Source: Balanoglossus misakiensis
Taxonomy: Eukaryota; Animalia; Hemichordata
Direction: 5' to 3'
Assembly: GCA_040954595.2 (NCBI GenBank)
Contig: CM082580.2
Location: forward strand, 5,835,519-5,899,518
Length of the DNA stretch: 64,000 nucleotides
Made by a program: the position numbers and the translations under genes. Below the pieces are notes generated by a model. The model was not told the origin of the DNA and did no database searches. It was given only the letters and a program-made list of their open reading frames with translations. This document shows, piece by piece, positions 53,401 to 64,000 of this stretch; the stretch's first letter is position 1; each line of letters opens with the position of its first letter.

Positions 53401-56400
53401 AACATTTAAAAAATACAAGCAGGGTACCAGCATTGTTTTCATACAACGTTCTTGAGTACACATGCCTATGGCTGTATTTTGTAAATAACTCAACATTACT
53501 TGCACAGAGACAAAAATATACGCATAAATTATGCATTTTTTTTATGTAAATGGACAATGCTATTAATGTGTTAATTGACATAAAATGTTTGATGCATTAT
53601 CAGATTACGTGTATATTCAAAACTAACCACCTTTGCCTGTTTTGTAGTGACACAACAACATGTAGCTGTCTTTTCCTATTTTCCTATTGATTTCTTTTTT
53701 CGTAATACCTAAGTTTTTTCTCTGTTTCCCATAAATAAATATCCTAACTCAATAAAATGCAACACCTGTAGCAAATTATTCCCAATGTATTGCAATTCAT
53801 TGTGAAAAAATTAGTTGCAAAACACTGGACTATCATAAAACCATGAGAAAGGTCGAGACCCAACCATCTAACAATTCCACGTTGCCATAAATCCAACATG
53901 ATATTTCACCTACCTTCACTAAAGCTGAATGCAGATATATATTATGAGGCATAATAACTGCTCCAATAATACCCACAGCCTGTTCAACAACTCGAGGACT
54001 GCACGTACCACAGCCTGGTATAAATAAACCTTTCAACACGCTGACTTGATCTGGGGCAGCTACTACGTACTGCAATGGAAAAGAAACAATGGCAAAAATA
54101 GAACAGAAATTAAAGCTGCAAGCAGCGTTGGGGGGGCACAAGCGGTTCCCATTGTAACCAGCAAATGCCAAGGCTGTATCTGCTGTGGATACCAAGATAT
54201 GGGAAAGTAGGTCAAAGGTCACCTGAGGTCACCCCAAATTTGGGCAAAAATATTGGACCCCATACAAGTCTAGGTCCAACAAAAACAAGACCCCTGGCTC
54301 TATTGGTTCGCCTAGAATTAGGTATGCGCATAATTAATGAGGTCTTGTGTAAGACTCCATATGTGCTCCATCTGCCACCCAAAAGCCAGGACTCTAACTG
54401 CTGTGGATGCTGAGCTATGGGAAAGTAGATCAAAGGTCATCCAAGGTCACGCAAAATTTGGGCATAAAATTTTGACCCCAGAGTGGGCCATGTCCAACTA
54501 AAACCAGACCTCTAGCCCTCTTGGTTAGCCTGGAATTAGATATGCAGAAAAATGATGTTTCAGAAATAGGTCAAGGGTCATTGGCAAAATTACCAAAACA
54601 TTTGTGCCATGTCCTGGCAGCATTAGTACCCATGTCCACAAAATTCATGACTGTGGTGCTTTGACAAGAGGAGGTATGGGGAATATGCATATATAATTAG
54701 TTGTTTTAAAACTGGGTCAAAGGTCATGTGAAAATTACCCCGAAAAATTGTGACAACTTCCGGTCATATGATGACTCATATCCAAAAAAAGAAGTTCTGT
54801 GCTGTCAATATTTTGGCTACAAAACGGAATTTTCATTTTTCAATGGTTTTCCGAAAATCCAACATGGCCGCCATAATGGTCGACCAATCACAGTGCGCTT
54901 CGCAAACTTGATAGACATAGGTTAGGTGACCACATGCCCCAAATCCCGTGACTCGGCAATCGCTGGTTCTGGAGAAGAAGATTTTTAAAGTTTTAAGTAG
55001 TTTTTCAGAAAAACAATTGTAGCAAAAAAAATTTATGTGTGACGTCATGATTTCAATGGGGTAAAATGATGGACAGAAGGTAGGCTACCTGCACACCAAA
55101 TTTGAACTCGATCGGCCCAGTAGTTTTTGAGAAGGACTCGTTTAACGATTTTCAGGAAATCCAATATGGCCGCCAGGTCACGTGACTAATTAAATATTCA
55201 CGAGCCACTGCACGTCTACTCATTGGCCCCTATCACCCTACCAAGTTTCAGCCCCCTAGGTGCAGCGGTTTTCCAGATCTACCTGGCCGAATTTCTCGGA
55301 AGAAGAAGAAGAAGAAGAATTAAAGCTGCAAGCAGCGTTGGCGGGGCACAAGCGGTTCCCATGGTGACCAGCAAATGCCACGGCTGTATCTGCTGGGGAT
55401 ACCAAGATATGGGAAAGTAGGTCAAAGGTCACCTGAGGTCACCCCAAATTTTGGCAAAAAATTGGACCCCATACTAGTCTAGGTCCAACAAAAACCAGAC
55501 CCCTAACTCTATTGGTTCGCCTAGAATTAGGTATGCGCATAATTAATGAGGTCTTGTGTAAAACTCCATATGTGCTCCATCGGCCCCCCAAAAGTTAGGA
55601 CTCTAACTGCTATGGATGCTGAGATATGGGAAAGTAGATCAAAGGTCATCCAAGGTCACCTAAAATTTGGGCATAAACTTTTGACCCCAGAGTGGGCCAT
55701 GTCCAACCAATACCAGACCTCTAGCCCTATTGGGTAGCATGGAATTAGATATGCAGAAAAATGATGTTTCAGAAATAGGTCAAAGGTCATTGTCAAAATT
55801 ACCAAAATATTTGTGTCATGTCCTGGCAGCATTGGCACCCATGTCCACAAAATTCATGACTGTGGTGCTTTGACAAGAGGAGGTATGGGGAATATGCATA
55901 TATAATTAGTTGTTTTAAAACTGGGTCAAAGGTCATGTGAAAATTGCCCTGAAAAATTGTGACAACTTCCGGTCAGATGATGACTCATATCCAAAAAAAG
56001 AATTTCCATGCTGTCAACATTTTGGCTACAAAACGGAATTATCACTTTTCAATGGTTTTCCGAAAATCCAACATGGCCGCCATAATGATCGACCAATCAC
56101 AGTGAGCTTCGCAAACTTGATAGACATAGATTAGGTGACCACATATCCCAAATCCCGAGACTCGGTAACCGCTGGTTCTGGAGAAGAAGATTTTTAAAGT
56201 TTTAAGTAGTTTTTCAGAAAAACAATTGTAGCAAAAAAACTTTATGTATGACGTCATGATTTCAATGGGGTAAAATGATGGACAGAAGGTAGGCTACCTG
56301 CACACCAAATTTGAACTCGATCGGCCCAGTGGTTTTTGAGAAGGACTCATTTAACGATTTTCAGGAAATCCAATATGGCCGCCAGGTCACGTGACTAATT

Positions 56401-59400
56401 AAATATTCACGGGCCACTGCACGTCTACTCATTGGCCCCTACCACCCTACCAAGTTTCAGCCCCCTAGGTGCTGCCGTTTTCCAGATCTACCTGGCCGAA
56501 TTTTGGAGAAGAAGAAGAAGAAGAATAAGAAGAATTAAAGCTGCAAGCAGCATTGTCCGGGCCCAAGCTCTATTATCTGATCTGATTATTAGATATGCAC
56601 ATAATTAATGAGTAGAAACATAATGCTGTGTTTTATCCCATGAAATATCAAGATTATATCTATGTTTAGTGCTGATATAGTGTTAAGTAGGTCAGAGGTC
56701 ACCCACAGTTTGGGCAGAAAATTTTGACCCATAGTGGTCCATGTCCAACAAAAACCAGACCTCTAACCCTTTTGGTTAGCCCGGAATTAGGTATGCACAT
56801 AAATAATGAGTTAAGCAGGTGTCACAGGTGACCCAAAACTTTGGCTTTTCATTATGGCCCCATACCTCCAAACGCCAAGGCTGTATCTGCTGTGGATGCT
56901 GAGATTTGCGAAATTAGGTCAAAGGTCACCAGAGGTCACCCAAAATTTGGGTAAAAAATTTTGACCCTATACTTGTCCTGTCCAACAAAAACAAAACCTC
57001 TAGGTCTATTGGTTCATCTGTAATTAGGTATGCGCATATTTAATGAGGTCAGCAGAGGTCAAAGGGGTCATGAAAAGTACCAAAATTTTTTGATCACATA
57101 CAAATCCACATACATCAAAAACCAAACTTATAGCCCTATTGGTTAGCCTGGAATTAGATATGCAGAATATTGATGCGTCAAAAGTAGGTCAAAGGTCATT
57201 GCCAAAATTACCAAAATATTTATAGCTTATTCTTGTTATATGATGATTCATATCCATAAAAAGAATTTCTGTGCTATCAATTTTTAGGCTAGAAAGGGAA
57301 TTTTTACTTTTTAATTGTTTTTCACAAAATCCAATATGGCCGCCATAATCTTCGACCAATCACATTCCTCTTCGCAAACTTGATAGACATCTGTTGAATG
57401 ACCACACACACAAAATCTTGTGACTCGGTTATCGCCGGTTCTCGAGAAGAAGATTTTTGAAATTTTACTAGGGCTTTTCGAAAATCCGATATGGCCGCCA
57501 TAATCTTCGACCAATCACAATGATCTTCGCAAACTTGATAGACATCAGTTAGGTGACCACATACCCCAAACCCCATGTCTCGGTTATCACCGATTCTGGA
57601 GAAGAAGATTTTTGAAATTTAAGCCAGATTTCAGAAAAAAAATTGTAGCAAAAAAACTGCAACATTTACAGCAAAATATCCAATTACAAAAATGATGGGT
57701 AGAAGGTAGACTACCTGCACACCAAATTTGAAGTCGATCTGACTTGTAGTTTCTGAGATCTGAGATTTGCATTTTTTCAGAAAATCCAATATGGCCGCCA
57801 GGTCACGTGACTAATTAAAAATTCACAGGTTCAATGCACGACTACTCATTGACCTTGACCACTGTAGCAAGTTTGAGAACTGTACCTGCAGTGGTGTCTG
57901 AGATCTAGAGCGACAAAGAATTGACACAAGAATAAAGAAAGAAGAAAGAAAAACCCCAACGAAACCAATAGGGCCCAAGCGCTGGTATGCGCTTGGGCCC
58001 TAAATATTCCAACAATACCAATAGGGGCACAAGCCCGATAGGCTTGTGCCCCTAAGAAGAATAAAGAAGAAATATTCCAACAATAACAATGGGGGCACAA
58101 GCCGCCTGAGGGCGCTTGTGCCCCCAATTATAGCAAAAATAAGACACAATCCACATGACAAATCAGAGCCACCTTTTAAGTACAGGGACTTCATGTGTTT
58201 CCAACAGTCACACCTTACCTCGTAGCCAAATGTAAAAGCCATTACTGCAATCAGCACTGCAAAAAAAGCTTCAAGTTTTCGAAGACCTGAAATGAGATTA
58301 CACAGAGTCAAAATAAGCTACTGGTCTATAAATATTGGAATGAACCACATCAGTGACCTAAACTACGGTATATTGATCATAGTTTTGTCTTTAATCATCA
58401 AGTAGAACAGAATTTTACCATTTATTTATATTTAAGAAGATTCACTTTCCGGCCCATCTTTGCCAGCTAAAGTACGTTTATTTCAACAGGGGGACCTCCC
58501 TGGAATAATTAGTTAGTGAGACGGTAGCCAGGACTAACTATTGCACCGATCAGACTATGCCAGTTGCATTGAAATGCGAGACTGACATTCTCATACTCCA
58601 TGCAAATTTCAGGAATTTTTGGAACAACTGCACTATTCATGAGCCAGTCATGGAATTTCTTGTATCGATATACAATTGGCAAAATACTGATCTGGTCGAA
58701 TCACTCATGAAATACAGTTTGGGAGTCTAAATCGTCTGATCCGAACAGCTTGTCAAAACACTAGCAGTGTCTCTTATCTAGAACCATAATAGAAGTATGG
58801 TACTGGTAATTAAGCCAGCACCAACACTCTGCTTACGAAAAAACAAATTACCTTTGTCATGCAATATTGCCATCTGTTTATACTCAAGAGAGATACAAAC
58901 AATGTAATATTGATTTCCCATTTGGCAATACGGCAAAACAGTGGAAGGGTGACTAAAAACTGCGGCCAAAACTTACCATATTTATCAAGAAATAAAAACA
59001 AAAACGTATCTGTGATTGTGATCAACACACCCGCATAAAGAGGAATTCTGAAAAAAAAGCAAAAAGTGGAGATAAAAGAAATGAACTTTAGGATTGAATT
59101 TTGTGAGCAAGGGAATGCCATATGTTTTACTGCCATTATTATGAATCTCATTACAATCTCCCTTGGCTACTTTATCCATAATTAATTTAACGACTGTCAA
59201 ATCAATACCAATTTTCCACCATCTGGGCTTTCTGGATTATGCAATCTGCATTTTCAAAATAAATCATAATGCAAGTTTTCATTATTTTTACTTGCATTAA
59301 AAAGAATAAAGAACCATATAATCCTACTGGTTATTAGACCACAATGTGACTTTCAACCAATGACATCACAATTGTCTCCAAATTTTCGACCAATCCTATT

Positions 59401-60435
59401 GCCTGTCTCTGAATGCAGACAGTACTCACTTTCCGTTCGACAGCAAATTGTACGCGATGGCGGTTCCGATGACTTCTTGCATGTCTGATCCGATGATGGC
59501 TATTTCCACCATAACCCAGAGAATCAGTCGTGGAATTTTCGGATACTCCAGGTAGCACACCTCCGCCAAGTGCATCCCGGTCACAACTCCTAGCCTTGCC
59601 GCTAGCCGCTGAAGTAACAGGCCCAGACAGGTTGCCATTAGCAACAACCACAGCAACTGCAAGCAACAATGTAGAGTCCATAAACTATGTACATCCGCGA
59701 ACAACCATACATACAATCTTCACATTTTCATAGTGCGTTTTTCAGAAAGTAGATTTTTCAATCTGTATCATAGACTTACAAAATATGATATTGACTTTGC
59801 ATGCTTTGAAAGGATGTTTATATCACATACATTTTATGGTCTACATAATTCCTTTGGAATAGAAACAGTGAAATGCTTGACAAAAAACAACTGAGCTTTA
59901 ATACCTGGAACTGTGCAGTGAACCCTGACTGGAGGTCAGACTCAATGTTACCGGGATCCAAATACGCAATACTCATCAGAAAACCTGGACCACAGAACAC
60001 CCACAGCTTGCGGAAACTGAATCTGGTCTGTTGTTAAAAATTGAACAAAATATAGAATGAGATGCTGTGCATTAAGGTGGCATTTAACACACTTTGTAAA
60101 ATTCAATCAAAAACTCGCCAAAATGAATAATTTGTGTCTACCGTTTATTCATTTTGGCGAGATTTTTACTCTCATATCCTACAAACAGGATGGAAGTTGT
60201 GTGTGGTCGAACATTGACTTACTATATATCCACATTTAGAATAACATAAGTTGTGACTTGTATCAAACTTAATGGGAAAAGGGCAGAATACACTCACGCT
60301 CTCGTCTTCTGGTACAGGTATTTGTTCGTTGAAGTAACTGCTCGCAGAGCCACCGTTACCATTTCTGAGTTGCTGATCTTCCGGTGAGGGATTGGGAATG
60401 GTTGATTCCAGTAGACTGGCACCTTTTCCGTCCAT
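50443..60435 (-). CDS. SLC11A2: NRAMP family divalent metal transporter (SLC11A2/DMT1-like), about 590 aa from the first in-frame Met found; true first exon unresolved
   Basis: Exons 60452(Met 60435)-60298, 60027-59905, 59656-59430, 59047-58977, 58286-58219, 54069-53914, 53151-52993, 52747-52661, 52292-52173, 52001-51852, 51641-51568, 51388-51232, 50847-50797, 50634-50443. Motifs [69 protein letters not shown]. Probably pro-orthologous to vertebrate SLC11A1 and SLC11A2. Confidence 0.95.
50955..51144. mobile_element. Decayed copy of the 34860 MITE, inverted
   Basis: ttttcgcgatatcaaaagaggcaactgtt ... ggctctcacgtatttcgcgaaaat ... ttttacagta matches the reverse complement of 34860-35066. Confidence 0.75.
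55320..58055 (-). mobile_element. Helentron-type non-autonomous element B, nested in the GAA tract of A
   Basis: Body 55321-56534 is a close copy of the A body (offset about 1210 bp); its own terminal palindrome ggggcacaagc..gcttgtgcccc is at 58024-58052. Confidence 0.75.
56535..58003 (-). mobile_element. Helentron-type non-autonomous element C (diverged subfamily), nested in the GAA tract of B
   Basis: Left end aaagctgcaagcagc..gggcccaagc matches the right palindrome gggcccaagcgc..gcgcttgggccc at 57971-58000; internal subrepeats about 57330-57470 and 57480-57620. Confidence 0.75.
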
Positions 60436-60845
60436 ATCAGAATCTTCAAGTTCTATCAGAGAAATCAGCATGAAATGTTGTGGTGACACAGGGGTTACCA
60501 TGGACTGGACTGGTTGCCATGGCAATATGCAACCACTAGCATTTCAGCAAATGCGACGAGACACCATATTCATGAATGTTGATCTTAAACCTGCCTAAAC
60601 TGTGGGAATAAATTGGATAAAATCTAGAATTCTTTTTTCACCCGAGCAACAAGGAAAGATGAACAGACCATATACTACAGGTAATTTTCATGTAGTGGCA
60701 TGCACATCTGACCTGCCAACAAGAAATTGGAAATTGATGCTGGTAGACTCTCTATTTTTATAAATCATTCTAAACACGGGTATAAAATGATCGACAGCTT
60801 GTAGTCTTGTGCATTAGGTTGTACCATTACTGTTGAATACCATGG

Positions 60846-60858
60846 AGGTCAAAGGTCA
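60846..60858. promoter_or_regulatory. Perfect DR1 motif in the intron upstream of the first traced NRAMP coding exon
   Basis: AGGTCA-A-AGGTCA outside any recognisable repeat. Function is untested. Confidence 0.35.
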
Positions 60859-61039
60859 AGAATTAAAGACCCCTGGTACCGTTCATGCAGAATCCTGGAG
60901 GATTCACCCCCTGTTGACATGTTGCCATCTCCTAGCAGCTTGTCAGAGGGGGGACCAGTGCCCCTTAAAATGATGTCACTCACATGCTGGAGATATTACA
61001 TTGCCCCCCTCCCCTTTAAAAAAATCTGGCAAAGGGGAC

Positions 61040-61210
61040 GGGAAATTTTCATGATAGGAAATTTTCGCAATATCAAAAGAGGCAACTGTTACGCATTCTT
61101 GTATTTCACTGCATCGCTATCTCCGAATTTTTTTTTTACGTGACATTATATTTTACGTGTTACATTTTCCTTTCGCAAACATTTATCATTTGCAAACATT
61201 TCCCGTTTAT
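61040..61210. mobile_element. Decayed copy of the 34860 MITE family
   Basis: aaattttcgcaatatcaaaagaggcaactgttacg ... tatttcactgcatcgctatctccgaa is shared with the 50955 copy. Confidence 0.65.
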
Positions 61211-62906
61211 ATTATCCCGCTGTTGATGTGAAAGGGTTTATGACTTACTATCAAATTCAGACGGTGATGAATTTAAGGTTCCGTAGAGTGGACTTTGATC
61301 TTCCATCTTTTCTCCCAATTAACTACAACACTTGACACAAACACCACGAAAAATTGTATGTGATTATCAAATATATAATCAGTAATCTGTAATAAAAAAG
61401 TATATATGGTCAAATTAATATGGTTGATCACCATACCATCAATATGTTTATAATTATGTGGTACGAGGAGAAAAACTAGTGCTGCAGAAAACATCTTTGT
61501 GAGAAACCAAGCACCTGCCATGAAAAAAATATGTGTACGCTGTATGTTGGGTAGATACATGTAGCAGACCAACATACTATTATTGGCTTGGTATGTTGGT
61601 AGGTAGCTGCAATAATTGTAGCCCTTACAATTGGCTGAGGGGCGAGTCCGCTCAGCCAAAAGTCACCTGTATTAATAACTGAAAGGGCTAAAATTATTGT
61701 GGTTGGTTGGTAGGTGAGTTGGCATAACCCTTTCACCACTGAATGGGTTAAAATCAGCATGAACACTTGTGGCAACAGATGGTACAGCTCACTCACTCAT
61801 AGTAACTCACTCATTGAATCATAGCCCCTGTGTGCATCAGTCGCTTGGTATGGGGCTATCCCCAAGTGCATTGAAGTACCGTACAGTAGGTACCTCTGGG
61901 TTTTGCCTGGTTTTCCCGTACCAACATCCAATACAATGCAAAACTTCGAGATGTGGTTCCATAGCTAAATTAACTCTAACAGCCAGATTATGTAATCGTG
62001 CTACACACACTGTCATACGTACCGTCATACAGTCCACAACTATCACTATGCATCGCTATTTGATAGCTGTGATTTTCTCACGCGAAGTTTACGCAACTAT
62101 CTTCAGATCAACCTTTCTGGTGCGCGCGGTAGTATACACAGCGTTACACGGGGCAATCATAACTTCTCACTGTGTACGGCACCGTGTCCATTCAATCCGG
62201 AATGCAACGCGCGCTGGACACGAAACGCCGGTGATATTTGATCGGCTTCGCAATCGACAACTTAGTACGCCCTCATAAGTCAGAAATTGCAGATCGCTCG
62301 TGTACAACACAGTGATGGACTGGTCAGTTGGCGGGGGGGGGGTCCAGTTTCTCCGACATACATGCACTAAAACAAATTGACTGTCTGAACAAACTGCATC
62401 TGACGTCTGCACAACTGATCATAGAGAGTACATGTACCACACTGTAGTATGCATGTAAGTTAATACTAGACGAAAAATCGACAACTGTTGCCTTTCACAC
62501 GCCCCCATGTCAAAATGGGTTACCCTAAACTTGTATACATTTCCGGTGACCTTCGTGCTGAGGGCAACCGAGTCGGGGCAAAGTGACATTGATCAGCTCA
62601 GTTGTGTTTGTGGGGTTTCGGACATGGTGCTGGTGTCAACAGTGTGAGATCTGCGATCTGATAATTCTTGTAGTATCCGGAGGTATAATTTGACCCTTGA
62701 ACACAAAGTGAAGGAAGCGATATTTGTATTACAGTCGTCACACAGGCCCGAAAAGATGACCGTGACCGCGGGATGGATATGTCATGATTGAAGTCTCCCC
62801 ACCACTGCTGTGACGTGACCGAACTGTGCAATTTACTCCGTTACATCGGATGATCGGATGGACGCGATAATATTACAAGTATCATAATTTGATTTCACCG
62901 CTATAT

Positions 62907-62918
62907 TGTCACGTGACA
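62907..62918. promoter_or_regulatory. Palindromic CLEAR/E-box motif in the CpG-rich region between NRAMP and ACMSD
   Basis: TGTCACGTGACA, about 120 bp upstream of the ACMSD ATG; ETS-like ccggaaat on the minus strand near 62539-62546. Confidence 0.45.
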
Positions 62919-63038
62919 CCAGGTCTTTGCCCGGAGATCATTATCATACGTCTGTAAACAAGTCGTGTCGTATTGTTGCCCGACCCGTACGTGGAAGTCC
63001 TTTGGCGCTGTACGCACTGCGAAGGATATATAAACGCG

Positions 63039-63982
63039 ATGAAAATTGACGTTCACAATCACATTTTACCCGAGAGGTGGCCGGATTTGAAAGAGGTGGG
63101 TTGTTTTTAGCAGTGTGCGTCGCCTTTATTCTGATTCAGGATCTTCGTTGGCCTTGGTGCAATTACGATGTTGAATTGGTATATTGGCATTTGCTAAAGG
63201 TCGATCTGACAGCTGGGAGCTGCGGATACGAGTGTTCAGCGTTTTCCCAAAATCCCGAGACAGTCTAACACCAAACAGAAAGATTCTTGGTTTCAAATAC
63301 CACCCCTAAGTAAGAAAAACGAATCCCGACAAGGTCAACTGTCAACCTTGTTTTTTTCCCCTAATGAATATTTTTGATGACGTCTCAGATCAGTGCCAAC
63401 TACTGTCCATACAAGTTTTGCACACACAAATGACAAAGTCAGTTTGAACTAGCTGTACTGTGGAAACGCAGCTGTGACGTTTGGGGGGTGGGGAGATGCT
63501 GATTACCCGCGGGGGGGGGGGGTAATCAGCACCCCCCCCCCCCCCCGAACAGTACAGCTGCGTTTCCATTGCTAAGTTTGAACCAACATGCACTGCTGAC
63601 AATTTTTGACTTGACATTATTAACAGTTTGTCAAGACCACCTGTACCTTCTGGCTCTGCAACTATCAACTGATGCATTCATCTAATAGACAAGGTTTTAA
63701 AAAAATGAAATTTCATTTTATTGTATCTGCTAGCTTTGTATAAAGCAGATTGGAACAGACTAGCTGTGAAATACAATAACTGTCTTTGCTGTCAAATCTC
63801 GGAAGAAAAAATTCTCCACTTGTCTTCTTATTGCAAACAGAGGTATGGCTATGGTGGCTGGATCCAGATGCACCACCACTGCAAAGGCAAGGCCAAGATG
63901 ATGAAAGACGGGAAGATGTTCCGGGAAGTGGAGGAGAACTGCTGGGATCCGGAAGTGAGGATCCAGCAGATGGATCAGACAG
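63039..63982 (+). CDS. ACMSD: 2-amino-3-carboxymuconate-6-semialdehyde decarboxylase, first two coding exons; gene continues past the window
   Basis: Exons 63039-63095 ([19 protein letters not shown], with the metal-binding HxH) and 63841-63982 ([48 protein letters not shown]), closely matching the recalled vertebrate ACMSD N-terminus. Confidence 0.95.
63450..63574. mobile_element. 125-bp fold-back MITE with 9-bp TSD (family 1) in ACMSD intron 1
   Basis: tagc...tggaaacgcagctgt...gctgattaccc..gggtaatcagc...acagctgcgtttcca..gcta; agtttgaac duplicated at 63441-63449 and 63575-63583. Confidence 0.85.
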
Positions 63983-64000
63983 GTAAATAAAGAGCGGCCT

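Larger units (their letters stand above)
54110..58128 (-). mobile_element. Helentron-type non-autonomous element (HINE/DINE-1-like), outer element A
   Basis: On the minus strand it starts with palindrome gggggcacaagc..gcttgtgccccc (58091-58125), then a TTC tract, and ends in subTIR gcttgtgccccc plus hairpin gctgc-tt-gcagc plus ttt at about 54112; body 54111-55320. Confidence 0.75.

Noticed and set aside
54111-56534. Simple 1.2-kb tandem duplication or assembly error
   Set aside because: The copies differ at many positions and the three termini pair in nested order, which a tandem duplication would not produce.
61769-62278. 169-aa + strand ORF between NRAMP and ACMSD
   Set aside because: No recognisable motif or splice pattern; lies in the presumed promoter/first-intron region.

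Overview
AT-rich (~40% GC by eye) spliced eukaryotic DNA from an animal, most likely a marine invertebrate deuterostome; the taxon is an inference from gene structure and repeat types. Left to right: an 88-bp tandem array plus a (TATG)n microsatellite; ~24 kb of CpG-rich DNA with no recognisable coding sequence; an OSTalpha/SLC51A-like gene (+, 7 coding exons); two intact tandem RETSAT paralogs (-, 10 exons each); a 3-exon ASDURF gene (+) with no ASNSD1 behind it; an NRAMP/SLC11A2-like gene (-, 14 coding exons traced); and the first two exons of ACMSD (+). All gene models were assembled by hand from GT-AG junctions and phase checks. Most notable observations: (1) ASDURF, known in mammals as the uORF of ASNSD1, looks like a free-standing gene here; (2) a 4-kb NRAMP intron insert that looks like a tandem repeat appears to be three Helentron-type non-autonomous elements nested inside one another, carrying many perfect DR1 nuclear-receptor motifs; (3) the RETSAT pair shows patchy near-identity suggesting gene conversion, largely over FAD-binding segments; (4) there is a duplicated splice acceptor in one RETSAT; (5) tiny fold-back elements with 9-bp target duplications occur in several places. 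No rRNA, tRNA, CRISPR or prokaryotic features were found.
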